A stretch of DNA of 55,736 nucleotides from an uncultured Candidatus Peribacteria bacterium (lineage in GTDB: Bacteria > Patescibacteriota > Gracilibacteria > UBA1369 > LOWO2-01-FULL-3), in assembly GCA_964525485.1 (NCBI GenBank), contig CAZGHH010000003.1, positions 1-55,736 on the forward strand, in the 5' to 3' direction. Shown here in pieces: positions 17,522-25,928 of the stretch. The notes under the pieces are model-generated. The model was given only the letters and a program-made list of their open reading frames with translations, ran no database searches and was not told where the DNA came from. The translations under genes and the position numbers were made by a program. Position 1 is the stretch's first letter. Each line of letters opens with the position of its first letter.

Positions 17522-19585
17522 ATGGCGTTAAAAGCAAATTATGATTTTTTGTTTGTTGGCAAAGACGATAATAGCTATCTGGAGAATTATTCTTACGACT
17601 TATATGATAAACACGGAGATAAAAGTGGGGAAATTTTTATTAATGTTGAGATCCAAAACAACCCTGCAAACAGTGAGGAAATAGGGGAGGCGGTTTTTGC
17701 TACCTTCCAAAAAGAATTCTTCGCTGAAATAGAAAAGGATCCCTATGAGAGATTTGAAACAGCTCTCAAAGCTACAAATGCCGTTCTCGAAGATTTTAAA
17801 AGCCAGAAAGTTTCCGGTTATATTGGAAATTTGAATATGGTGATCGCGGCATTTGTTCACGGCACTCTATATATCAGTCAGAGCGGGGATGCGGAGGCTT
17901 ATTTATGCAGAAAGAAATTTATCAGTATTATTACTGAAGGTTTATTTGATGAAGAGAGTAAAGATGTGTTCAGTAATATCGCCAGTGGAAGTCTTGAAGC
18001 CGGTGATTCAGTTTTGATCAGTTCTACGAGATTACTTAGATATATTACAAAAAATGATCTTGGAAGACTGTTGTCCGGTGAAGATCCTACAACTGTTCTA
18101 GGAGAAGTTAGAGATGTTGTTGCGACTGAAATGCTGGGACGTGCCGGGCTCACATGCGTGCTTTTCTCTGATACCGGTGTTACTGAAGAAGAAGTTAAAA
18201 CCGCCGAGGAACATGATTCGGAAAATGATGATTTTCAAAATCCTTTGATCGATTCTCTTGCCGCTGTACAGAGAACCGCTACCAGTTCAGGCGGAATTTC
18301 TAGAGTCAGAACTGTAGTTTCAAAAGTTTTTTATGTAGCTTCCGGGGTTGCAAAAAATGCTTTTTCGAAAGTTTCAAAAAGATCTTTGAAAACAGGACGT
18401 GCTTCAAGAGATATGAGGTCTTCTGTTAGTGGACTTGGCGCGAAATTCACAGATTTGAGACGCGGTTTATTCAAAAAAGGATTTGGAGGTAAAAAATTAT
18501 TATTGGCTTTTGTTGCTGTGGTTGTTGTTTTGGTTGCCGGCGTTTGGATCGTGGCTGATAGCAGAGCAAAACAAGCCGAAATTGCGGCTTTGGATACTTT
18601 GTTGATTGATGTTCAAAATAGAATTGCGGATGCTGAGACGAAAGGACAATATGACAAAGAGGCCGCAGGTCAAATTCTTGCAAAAGCTCAAGAGGACGCG
18701 GTAAAAGTTTTGAATTCGGGTAATTTCAGAGACAAAGCAAGTATCTTGTTGCAACAAATTGAAGAAACAAGAGATGTTTTAGATGGAGTTAAAAGAATTA
18801 AAGATGCCAAATTGTTGGTTGATTTAACTTCAAAAAGAAGTACCGTGAGTGCTCTTGGATTTGTGGCTATGGCTACACGTTTGTTTGCGTTTGAATACAA
18901 TGCTCTTTATGAAATAATTTTGGACCAGGTGCAGGATCCTATTACTCTAGATGATGCAGAAACTGTAATTGCAGCAACCGCATTCCCTGAGAGAAATTCT
19001 TATTTGTTCTTAACTAAATCAGGAAAAATAATTGAATATAGAGAGGGAACAAAATCATATATGGATACGGAAGAAGGTCAATTCAGGAAAGGGGCAGCTA
19101 TCGAGACTTGGGGTAATAATGTCTATATTTTGGATCCTGATAGTAATCAAATTTGGAAGTATGTTTATAGAGCAACTACAAATAGATTCTCTTCATCTGT
19201 CGGATATGCGACTGCCGATGCACAATTCGCGCTTGCAAAAGATTTTGCCATTGATTCCAGTGTTTGGGTCTTGAATGCCGATGGTATAGATAAATACTAT
19301 GGTGGGGTAAAACAGACTCTTACTATCAGCAAGAAGCCATTCAATGCATTTAAAGACGCTTCCAAGGTCGTGACTGCGGAATCTATGTCTGAGATCTATG
19401 TCTTGGATGCAAAATCAAGCAGAATCCTTGTTTTCTATAAGGACGCGAATAGTGGAAATTTGATATACGACAAACAATACGTTGTTGATGGAGTTGGCGA
19501 GATCAGAGATATATTTGTGGACCAAACGTCTAAGAGAATCAAAGTTTTGACTCCTACAAAAGTCTACGAATTTGATATGGCTTAG
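17522..19585 (+). CDS. membrane protein: degenerate PP2C/SpoIIE-like N-terminal domain, one TM helix, coiled coil, C-terminal beta-propeller-like repeats
   Basis: 687 aa. N-terminal domain NLNMVIAAFVHGTLYISQSGDAEAYLCRK...LEAGDSVLISSTRL resembles the PP2C fold but lacks the usual Asp ligands. TM helix LLLAFVAVVVVLVAGVWIVA. C-terminal repeats VYILDPDSNQIWKY, VWVLNADGIDKYY and IYVLDAKSSRILVF. Confidence 0.55.
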   Translation: MALKANYDFLFVGKDDNSYLENYSYDLYDKHGDKSGEIFINVEIQNNPANSEEIGEAVFATFQKEFFAEIEKDPYERFETALKATNAVLEDFKSQKVSGYIGNLNMVIAAFVHGTLYISQSGDAEAYLCRKKFISIITEGLFDEESKDVFSNIASGSLEAGDSVLISSTRLLRYITKNDLGRLLSGEDPTTVLGEVRDVVATEMLGRAGLTCVLFSDTGVTEEEVKTAEEHDSENDDFQNPLIDSLAAVQRTATSSGGISRVRTVVSKVFYVASGVAKNAFSKVSKRSLKTGRASRDMRSSVSGLGAKFTDLRRGLFKKGFGGKKLLLAFVAVVVVLVAGVWIVADSRAKQAEIAALDTLLIDVQNRIADAETKGQYDKEAAGQILAKAQEDAVKVLNSGNFRDKASILLQQIEETRDVLDGVKRIKDAKLLVDLTSKRSTVSALGFVAMATRLFAFEYNALYEIILDQVQDPITLDDAETVIAATAFPERNSYLFLTKSGKIIEYREGTKSYMDTEEGQFRKGAAIETWGNNVYILDPDSNQIWKYVYRATTNRFSSSVGYATADAQFALAKDFAIDSSVWVLNADGIDKYYGGVKQTLTISKKPFNAFKDASKVVTAESMSEIYVLDAKSSRILVFYKDANSGNLIYDKQYVVDGVGEIRDIFVDQTSKRIKVLTPTKVYEFDMA

Positions 19586-20070
19586 ACGGAGTGAGCTTTT
19601 GGTAGATCTTGTTTCTTGTAAGCCGTTTCAGGTGCTTTTTCTACTTTGATTTTTCGTGATTTAAAAAGATTGAATTTTGGAAGTACGTCTGGATATCCTT
19701 CTTGGTATACTACTCTTTTTATTCCCGCTTCCGTCAGCATTGATTCGCAGATTCTACATGGATGTTTTGTGACGTAACATGTTGCTCCCAATATTTTCAA
19801 TCCTTTTTTAGCCGCTAGGCTCAAGCACCATTGTTCTGCACACATACCATAGCAGACTTCGCGTTGAGTTCCTGATTTGATTTTGCGAATGTTGCGGATG
19901 CATCCTATTTTTCTACAATCCGCTTCTTTGTGCCAGTCGTTAGTTGATTTCACTAGTATTTTGCCATTTTTTACAAGCATTGCGGCTATATTTGCTCTTA
20001 TACATTTTGCGTTTGGCTCCATTTTGTCCAGGATTTCCAAAAATTTTATATCTTTTTTTGTGATGCTCAT
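19582..20070 (-). CDS. deoxycytidylate (dCMP) deaminase-like zinc deaminase
   Basis: 162 aa. Motif pattern C.RKIGC.R....SG...E.C.G.CAEQ ... HPCRICESML. The first zinc ligand is Cys (CAE) rather than the usual HAE. Confidence 0.7.
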   Translation of the reverse strand: MSITKKDIKFLEILDKMEPNAKCIRANIAAMLVKNGKILVKSTNDWHKEADCRKIGCIRNIRKIKSGTQREVCYGMCAEQWCLSLAAKKGLKILGATCYVTKHPCRICESMLTEAGIKRVVYQEGYPDVLPKFNLFKSRKIKVEKAPETAYKKQDLPKAHSV

Positions 20071-20960
20071 CTTTTGATTAGGTAAGGGTAGTTTTTTTTG
20101 AATTTGCTGAAGAATTTATTTGGCCTGAGAACTCCGAGTTCGCAAACTATTCCTTTGGCTTTTTTTAAATCTATTTTTTCAAAAGCCGGATTGAATATCG
20201 TGACGTTTTTTGGTGGTTTGTCCCAAATTTCTTTTGGGTCACGTTCTTCTATTTTTGTGTCTTTTGAATCCGTTGAGTCGGTGTCATATTTCCATGAATT
20301 TGTGCATATATACACCGGGACTTTGCTTTCCAGTGCTGCGTCGAATAGACTCTCTGTCCCAATTTTGTTGATAACTTTTTTACTTGTTGTAATTGAATCG
20401 CATCCTATTAAAAAAAGATCGCATTGTCGAAGCAGCTGCCGTCCTGCCGAATCTACTGTGTGAACGACTTTTATTCCAGCTTTTGATAACTCTGTGGCCG
20501 TTATCCTGCCTTGATAACGGGGTCTTGTTTCTGTGTTGTATACTGTGATTTTTTTACCTTGCTTGTGTGCTTCTATCAATACTCTTTCGACTGTTGATGC
20601 GTGGCAGTGGGTGAATATCTTCATTCCGCTTTTAATTAACTCTGCTCCTTTTTTTGCTATCACTTTTTGATTGTTTTTGAAATGAGCCAATACTTCGTGT
20701 GCGATTTCCGGATGAGTTTTGTAGTTTGCAAAACAATAATTCAAAGCGTTTCTCAGTGCCGGCTCGGTTGCTCGAGCTTCAGATAAAATTTTTAGATATT
20801 TTTTTAATTTTTTTTCATCTTTGGTTTCCTTTATTTTTTGCGCAAAAGCTTCGACAGCTTTGATTGCTATGTTTTCCGCTCCTTGTATTTCCAATGATTT
20901 AATTTTTTTTACTGTTTCATCGAATGTCATATATTTTTTTGTAAGGATATTCCATTGCAT
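20067..20960 (-). CDS. ribose-1,5-bisphosphate isomerase (eIF-2B alpha/beta/delta-like family)
   Basis: 297 aa. IFTHCHASTV...ITVYNTETRPRYQGRITATELSKAGIKVVHTVDSA...DLFLIGCDSIT...VINKIGT. An alternative ATG at 20930 would shorten the overlap with the upstream gene. The assignment is supported by adjacency to AMP phosphorylase. Confidence 0.7.
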   Translation of the reverse strand: MQWNILTKKYMTFDETVKKIKSLEIQGAENIAIKAVEAFAQKIKETKDEKKLKKYLKILSEARATEPALRNALNYCFANYKTHPEIAHEVLAHFKNNQKVIAKKGAELIKSGMKIFTHCHASTVERVLIEAHKQGKKITVYNTETRPRYQGRITATELSKAGIKVVHTVDSAGRQLLRQCDLFLIGCDSITTSKKVINKIGTESLFDAALESKVPVYICTNSWKYDTDSTDSKDTKIEERDPKEIWDKPPKNVTIFNPAFEKIDLKKAKGIVCELGVLRPNKFFSKFKKNYPYLIKR

Positions 20961-22401
20961 AATCTATACGCTCCTCAAGCGTGGCGTATATTGTAAATAA
21001 AGCTTCGCCTTTTTCTACTTTGTCTCCTAACTTTTTGTATATGTATACGCCTGCATTTAAATCTTTTGGAGCGCCTGCGCATCGTGCCACATGCGCCAAT
21101 AATTTATTGTCTATTCCTTTTACTATTCCCGATTTGTCAGAATGTATGACTTTTGAAAATTTTGCTGGTTTTAAAGGATTTCGTTTTTTGCCTTGAGCAT
21201 CTATAATTTTCAACATTTGTTTATATGCTCTTCCTGAATCTAGAATCTCTTGTGCTAGTTCCATGCCTTTTCGGACCGTGGATGTTTTTCCGCACATTTC
21301 GAAAAGTATTCCCGCCATGTATATGGATTTTTCACGCAGTTCTTTTGGCGCTTGAGGATTACATTTTAATGTTTCCATTACATCTATAGCTTCAAGCGTT
21401 GGGCCAATGCCATTTCCTATCGGTTGAGAGCCATCCGAGAAAATAACTTTAGTTTTCATGCCTAATGTTCTTCCAAGTTTCAAAAATCTTCTTTTTAATT
21501 CTTTTCCTTCGTTTTTTGATTTAATCTTAACCTGTGGACCGATCGGAATATCTATTAAAACTCTGTTTGCAGAAACTGAGAATTTTTTTGCCATTATTGA
21601 TGCCAACAACATGCCTTGTGGGTCGAGTGAAAGAGGGTATCTTGTTTTTATCATTTTATCGTCTGCCGCAGCTAGATCCACTCCACCTCCCCATGTTATG
21701 AACCCTCCGACTTTTTTAACGATTTTCTTTAATTTTTCCGCGTCGTTTACTACGTTTGCAAGGACTTCCATCGTATCGGCTGTTCCCGCAGGACTGGTGA
21801 TAGCGCGTGATGATGTTTTTGGCATTGCTATGCCCGCTGAAGTTAAAATTGGAATGATAATCATTGTTGTTCTGTTGCCAGGGACTCCTCCTATGCAATG
21901 TTTATCAGCAACTATCTTGTTTCCAAATTTTAATTGCGAACCATTTCTTACTATCGATCTTGTTAAATTTGCAGTTTCTTCGTCATCAAGGCCATGCGTA
22001 TAACATCCTGCGACGAAATACGAAATTTCCACTTCTGTTAAATCTTCTTCTACGACGTCTTTTATTATTTCGTTAATTTCCTCGGCTGTTAATTTGTACC
22101 CGTTCAATTTCTTCTTAATGTATGTTGTTGAAATCGGTTTTTCGGCAATTTTGATGTCTACATCCATTCCGTATTTTGCCCCAAGTTTTTCCCAAGTTTC
22201 TTCATACAAGCCTATGTCATTTTCTCTTAATTCTTTATTTCTCGTTATGTCCAAAATTGCTCTTACCGCAGACTTTCCTTTAACTTTTATCAAGACTCTG
22301 TCGGATGGGTGTAAATCTAGGAAATGTGCTCGTTTTTCGTTTAATACGGCTACATATTTGCTTCCTACTCTGATCGGAATTTTTGTTGCGTTTAATTTCA
22401 T
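20917..22401 (-). CDS. AMP phosphorylase (archaeal DeoA-type, thymidine phosphorylase superfamily)
   Basis: 494 aa. Extra N-terminal domain of about 85 aa (MKLNATKIPIRVGSKYVAVLNEKRAHFLDLHPSDRVLIK). Glycosyltransferase family 3 core DKHCIGGVPGNRTT and TSSRAITSPAGTADTME. C-terminal PYNP domain. Confidence 0.75.
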   Translation of the reverse strand: MKLNATKIPIRVGSKYVAVLNEKRAHFLDLHPSDRVLIKVKGKSAVRAILDITRNKELRENDIGLYEETWEKLGAKYGMDVDIKIAEKPISTTYIKKKLNGYKLTAEEINEIIKDVVEEDLTEVEISYFVAGCYTHGLDDEETANLTRSIVRNGSQLKFGNKIVADKHCIGGVPGNRTTMIIIPILTSAGIAMPKTSSRAITSPAGTADTMEVLANVVNDAEKLKKIVKKVGGFITWGGGVDLAAADDKMIKTRYPLSLDPQGMLLASIMAKKFSVSANRVLIDIPIGPQVKIKSKNEGKELKRRFLKLGRTLGMKTKVIFSDGSQPIGNGIGPTLEAIDVMETLKCNPQAPKELREKSIYMAGILFEMCGKTSTVRKGMELAQEILDSGRAYKQMLKIIDAQGKKRNPLKPAKFSKVIHSDKSGIVKGIDNKLLAHVARCAGAPKDLNAGVYIYKKLGDKVEKGEALFTIYATLEERIDYAMEYPYKKIYDIR

Positions 22402-22411
22402 GGTTTGTATG

Positions 22412-23587
22412 TTATTTAATTTTATTTGTTTCCAGTGCTATTTCTTTATTTTCGTCGGCTGTGATTACGAAAACTTTAATTTTACTTTTTTTGCTCGATA
22501 TGAGTTGAGCTGATTTTTCATTCTTTTTTTTGTCCAATTCGACTCCCAGGTGTTTTAAATAATTGCACGTTTTTTCTCGTATGTAGAATGCTTTTTCTCC
22601 CATTCCTCCTGTAAATGCTATTGCATCGAGTCCGTTCATTGCGGCGGTGTATGCTCCAATATATTTGGCTATTGAGTATGATAGATATTCGATAGTGAAC
22701 GTCGCAACTTTGTCTTTTTTTAGATATTTTGCGTAAATATCTCTCATATCTGAACTGCCTCCGCTTAGTGCTTTTAGCCCACATTCAGCATTCAAAAATT
22801 CATCAGTTTTTTTTGTATTTAGTTTTTTGATTTTTTGAATTTCCAGTATGACTGACGGGTCCAGATTTCCGCTTCTTGTTCCCATTGGCAGACCTTCGAG
22901 TGGTGTGAATCCCATGCTTGTTTCAACTGCTTTTCCATCAATGGATGCCGTTATGGATGAACCGTTTCCTAGATGACATGAAATTATTTTTTTTATTTTA
23001 TTATCTTTCAAAAGCTTAATTGTTTCTGAAGTTATGTATTTGTGATTTGTTCCATGGAATCCGTATTTCCTTATATTAAATTTCGAATGCAAATATTTTG
23101 GAATTGCGTATAAATATGCTTTTTCCGGAAGTGTTTGCAAAAAAGATGTGTCAAACACCGCTACTTGTTTTGTTTTCGGGAAAAGTTTTTTACATGCTTT
23201 AATTCCTTCTAAATTTATTGGATTATGTAGAGGTGCAAGTCTTGAAAATTTTTCGATATTTTTGATGGTTGTCTTGTCGATCAGCGTCGCTTTTTTGTAT
23301 TTTTCTCCTCCGTGGACAACTCTATGTGAAACGTAGTTTATCTCGGATAAATTCTTTATGACGTTTGATTTGATGAGCGTTTTTGTTGCGATATTTATCG
23401 CTTCGGAATGTGATTTGCATTTAACAGTTAATCCAAGATTATATTGCTCGCTTTTAAATGTGAATTTTGTATTTTTTAAGCCTATCCCGTCTATGTGTCC
23501 GACTGCTGTTTCCGTGCATTCTTTCCCGCAATTAAAAAATGAAAATTTAAGAGATGATGATCCGCAATTTATTACTAAAATTTTCAT
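22412..23587 (-). CDS. ackA: acetate kinase
   Basis: 391 aa. Motifs MKILVINCGSSSLKF, HRVVHGG, GFHGTNH and FTGGMGE. Confidence 0.9.
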   Translation of the reverse strand: MKILVINCGSSSLKFSFFNCGKECTETAVGHIDGIGLKNTKFTFKSEQYNLGLTVKCKSHSEAINIATKTLIKSNVIKNLSEINYVSHRVVHGGEKYKKATLIDKTTIKNIEKFSRLAPLHNPINLEGIKACKKLFPKTKQVAVFDTSFLQTLPEKAYLYAIPKYLHSKFNIRKYGFHGTNHKYITSETIKLLKDNKIKKIISCHLGNGSSITASIDGKAVETSMGFTPLEGLPMGTRSGNLDPSVILEIQKIKKLNTKKTDEFLNAECGLKALSGGSSDMRDIYAKYLKKDKVATFTIEYLSYSIAKYIGAYTAAMNGLDAIAFTGGMGEKAFYIREKTCNYLKHLGVELDKKKNEKSAQLISSKKSKIKVFVITADENKEIALETNKIK

Positions 23588-23599
23588 TTTAAAATTGTG

Positions 23600-24610
23600 T
23601 TACTTACAATATACGCATGCGCCTTGAGCTTGTACTACTGTGAATGCTGTGACGTCTACTATGTCTTTTGCACTGCATCCGCGAGACAGATCGTTTACCG
23701 GTTTTTTTAGTCCTTGTAAAAGCGGTCCGATAGCAAAAGCCCCCGCCAATCTTTCTACAAGTTTGTATGCTATGTTTGCGGCTTCAAGGCTTGGAAAAAT
23801 TAAAATGTTTGCGTCTCCTTGAATAGGGGAATTGGGACATTTTATTGCCGCGACTTTTGGGACTAATGCCGCGTCAACTTGCATTTCTCCATCTGCTACG
23901 AGATCCGGATATTGATATTTTATCATTTCTACCGCTCTGCTGACTTTGTCTGAATTTGGATGGTCTGAAGATCCTTTTGTTGAAAATGATAAAAATGCAA
24001 TTTTTGGTTTTAAGCCAAATGTTATCGCTGTTCTTGCTGTGTCTTCCGCGATGTCTACGAGGTCGTGTGCGTCCGGTTCTATTGTGACTGCTGCGTCTGC
24101 GAATAACAGAAGTCTTTTTTCCAATATCATGAAAAATATTCCAGATACTTTATGAAATTTTTCTCTGGTTTTTATTAATTGAAGAGCTGGCCTGATCGTG
24201 TCTCCTGTGGAGGCTATTGCTCCGGATACAACGCCATCCGCATCGTCAGAATAAAGCATCATTGTGCCGAAATAATATATTCCTTTTGGGCTCACAAGCA
24301 GTTCTCTTATTTTTTTTAATTCAGCTCCTTTCCCTTTGCGCGCTTCATAAAAAGCCTGAGCGTATTTCTCTGTTAATTTTGATGTTTTCGGATTAACAAT
24401 TTTAACTTTGTCCCAATCGATTGATAAGTTCAAACTCTTTGCTTTTGCTTTTATTTTTCTTGGGTCACCAATCAATATTGGGTAAGCGATGCCTTTGGCT
24501 AAAATTTCTTGTATTGCCGTGAGAGTGCGTGTTTCATCTCCTTCAGAATATACAATTCTTTTTGGATCTTTTTTTGCGGATGAGTAAACTTGTTTTAAAA
24601 AGTGCTTCAT
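23600..24610 (-). CDS. pta: phosphate acetyltransferase (short PTA_PTB-only form)
   Basis: 336 aa. Motifs RIVYSEGDETR, DGVVSGAIAST and GPLLQGLKKPVNDLSRGCS. Confidence 0.9.
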   Translation of the reverse strand: MKHFLKQVYSSAKKDPKRIVYSEGDETRTLTAIQEILAKGIAYPILIGDPRKIKAKAKSLNLSIDWDKVKIVNPKTSKLTEKYAQAFYEARKGKGAELKKIRELLVSPKGIYYFGTMMLYSDDADGVVSGAIASTGDTIRPALQLIKTREKFHKVSGIFFMILEKRLLLFADAAVTIEPDAHDLVDIAEDTARTAITFGLKPKIAFLSFSTKGSSDHPNSDKVSRAVEMIKYQYPDLVADGEMQVDAALVPKVAAIKCPNSPIQGDANILIFPSLEAANIAYKLVERLAGAFAIGPLLQGLKKPVNDLSRGCSAKDIVDVTAFTVVQAQGACVYCK

Positions 24611-24641
24611 ATTTTTGAGGGGGAAATATGATGCGATTATA

Positions 24642-25316
24642 TTACATTTTCAGCATCTCTATCAATATAGATGCGCATTTGAGTGCGGATAGAGGTTGCG
24701 TTATTACGTTAATGCGGTTTGACTTGATTGTGTCAAATAAAAGTTTTTCGGTGAGTTTTGAAAAGTCGGGTATTTCTATTTCCGAGAATGTTGAATCTAA
24801 CACTTTAAGGGTGTGGCAGTCGGAGGTTCCTACTACAGGCTTGTTGTAGGTTTTGGCTATTTTAAGCGCTTTTTTATTAAAATCAATTAAATTGGTGTAA
24901 AAATAATTAAACTCAATTGCGTCAAATAAGTCGATGTTTTTTTCGAGTTTTTTATGTAAACAATTCGTCATCGGGTAATACGGATGCGGGGCTATAATGA
25001 AAGATTTTTTGTGAAAGGATTTATATTTTCTTAATTGTGAAAAAGTCTTTATTTTTAAAATTTCTTTTGAAGGATTTAGTATTATTACGTGTTTGTTTTC
25101 TATTTCGATTTCGGCGCCCGAGATTATCATTATGCCTTTTTTTTGGCCGTATTTTTTTGCTTTTGAAATTGGGAAGATGTGTTTGTGGCAGGTGATTGCT
25201 ATCGCTTGGAATCCTAAATTTGAAGCATGATCGATTAACTCCTTGAAATCATATGGGATTTTATCAATAGGATCTCCTTTTACGTGGACATGGAGTGCTG
25301 TTTTTATTTTCATCAC
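24642..25316 (-). CDS. PHP-domain metal-dependent phosphoesterase
   Basis: 224 aa. ALHVHVKGD (HxH), AITCH and GTSDCH. Confidence 0.75.
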   Translation of the reverse strand: MMKIKTALHVHVKGDPIDKIPYDFKELIDHASNLGFQAIAITCHKHIFPISKAKKYGQKKGIMIISGAEIEIENKHVIILNPSKEILKIKTFSQLRKYKSFHKKSFIIAPHPYYPMTNCLHKKLEKNIDLFDAIEFNYFYTNLIDFNKKALKIAKTYNKPVVGTSDCHTLKVLDSTFSEIEIPDFSKLTEKLLFDTIKSNRINVITQPLSALKCASILIEMLKM

Positions 25317-25330
25317 TTAGTTTGATAATT

Positions 25331-25579
25331 TTATTCGAACACTTTGTCGACTGCTTCTTTTGCTTCTTCTATGTCGTTTTTCGTTTCCTCCATTTTGTTT
25401 ACCGTATCTATTACTTGTACTTTAATGTTTTTGCCTTTTTCGGCTACATTTTTGTATGATTTATTAATGTCATTTTTCAGGTTTTCCGCTTCTTTTTTAA
25501 TGTCTTCGGCACATCCAGTAAGTGTTGAAAGGATGATGGTTGCGAGCGTGATTGTTTTGAGAATGAGGTGTTTTTTCAT
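25331..25579 (-). CDS. small lipoprotein, unknown function
   Basis: 82 aa. Signal peptide with lipobox LSTLTGC|A. The mature part is K/E-rich and helical. Confidence 0.6.
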   Translation of the reverse strand: MKKHLILKTITLATIILSTLTGCAEDIKKEAENLKNDINKSYKNVAEKGKNIKVQVIDTVNKMEETKNDIEEAKEAVDKVFE

Positions 25580-25585
25580 TGTATT

Positions 25586-25921
25586 TTATTTAAAAAAAAG
25601 TTTTTTGAAATTTCCGTCGAATTTGTTTAGAAAATTTTTCGTGTCTAGAATGTCATCGTTTGTGATTCCGTTTCTTATAACTTGGTTTATTAACGGGACC
25701 TCCGTGTCTTGTGGTGATTTTGATTTTCTATTTATCGGTGTGGCCACTATATCCGATAACGATGTTTTTTTGCAGTATTTGCATCTCATCTCTAGTAGAC
25801 ACTCGTGTTTGGTAGAAGCCAATATTGAGATGTCTTGAATATTGTATAACTTTTTGCAAGACGGGCATGGAGATGTCTTCTTGATGTGTTTAATAATTAC
25901 TGTAAGTTCGTTGATGTTCAT
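25586..25921 (-). CDS. small zinc-ribbon protein, unknown function
   Basis: The ORF track opens at 25975, inside gltX. The ATG at 25921 (MNINELTVII) avoids that overlap. Cys pairs CPSC ... CKYC. Confidence 0.5.
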   Translation of the reverse strand: MNINELTVIIKHIKKTSPCPSCKKLYNIQDISILASTKHECLLEMRCKYCKKTSLSDIVATPINRKSKSPQDTEVPLINQVIRNGITNDDILDTKNFLNKFDGNFKKLFFK

Positions 25922-25928
25922 ATTTGAA

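Noticed and set aside
20917-20960. The 44-nt overlap between AMP phosphorylase and the R15P isomerase ORF as a sign of frameshift or fusion
   Set aside because: An internal ATG at 20930 (MTFDETVKKIK...) reduces the overlap to 14 nt. Both proteins are complete at family-typical lengths, so ordinary overlapping-gene coupling is the simpler reading.
21458-22003. Long antisense ORFs opposite well-supported genes: 21458..22003, 25344..25838, 28549..29004, 42975..43442, 45716..46168, 12636..13085, 33523..33951 and 50108..50485
   Set aside because: Each lies fully inside a gene with strong family motifs on the other strand. Their products are low-complexity or Phe/Leu/Ser-rich, as expected when the purine-rich coding strand of an AT-rich genome is read backwards. 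I saw no independent start or RBS context.
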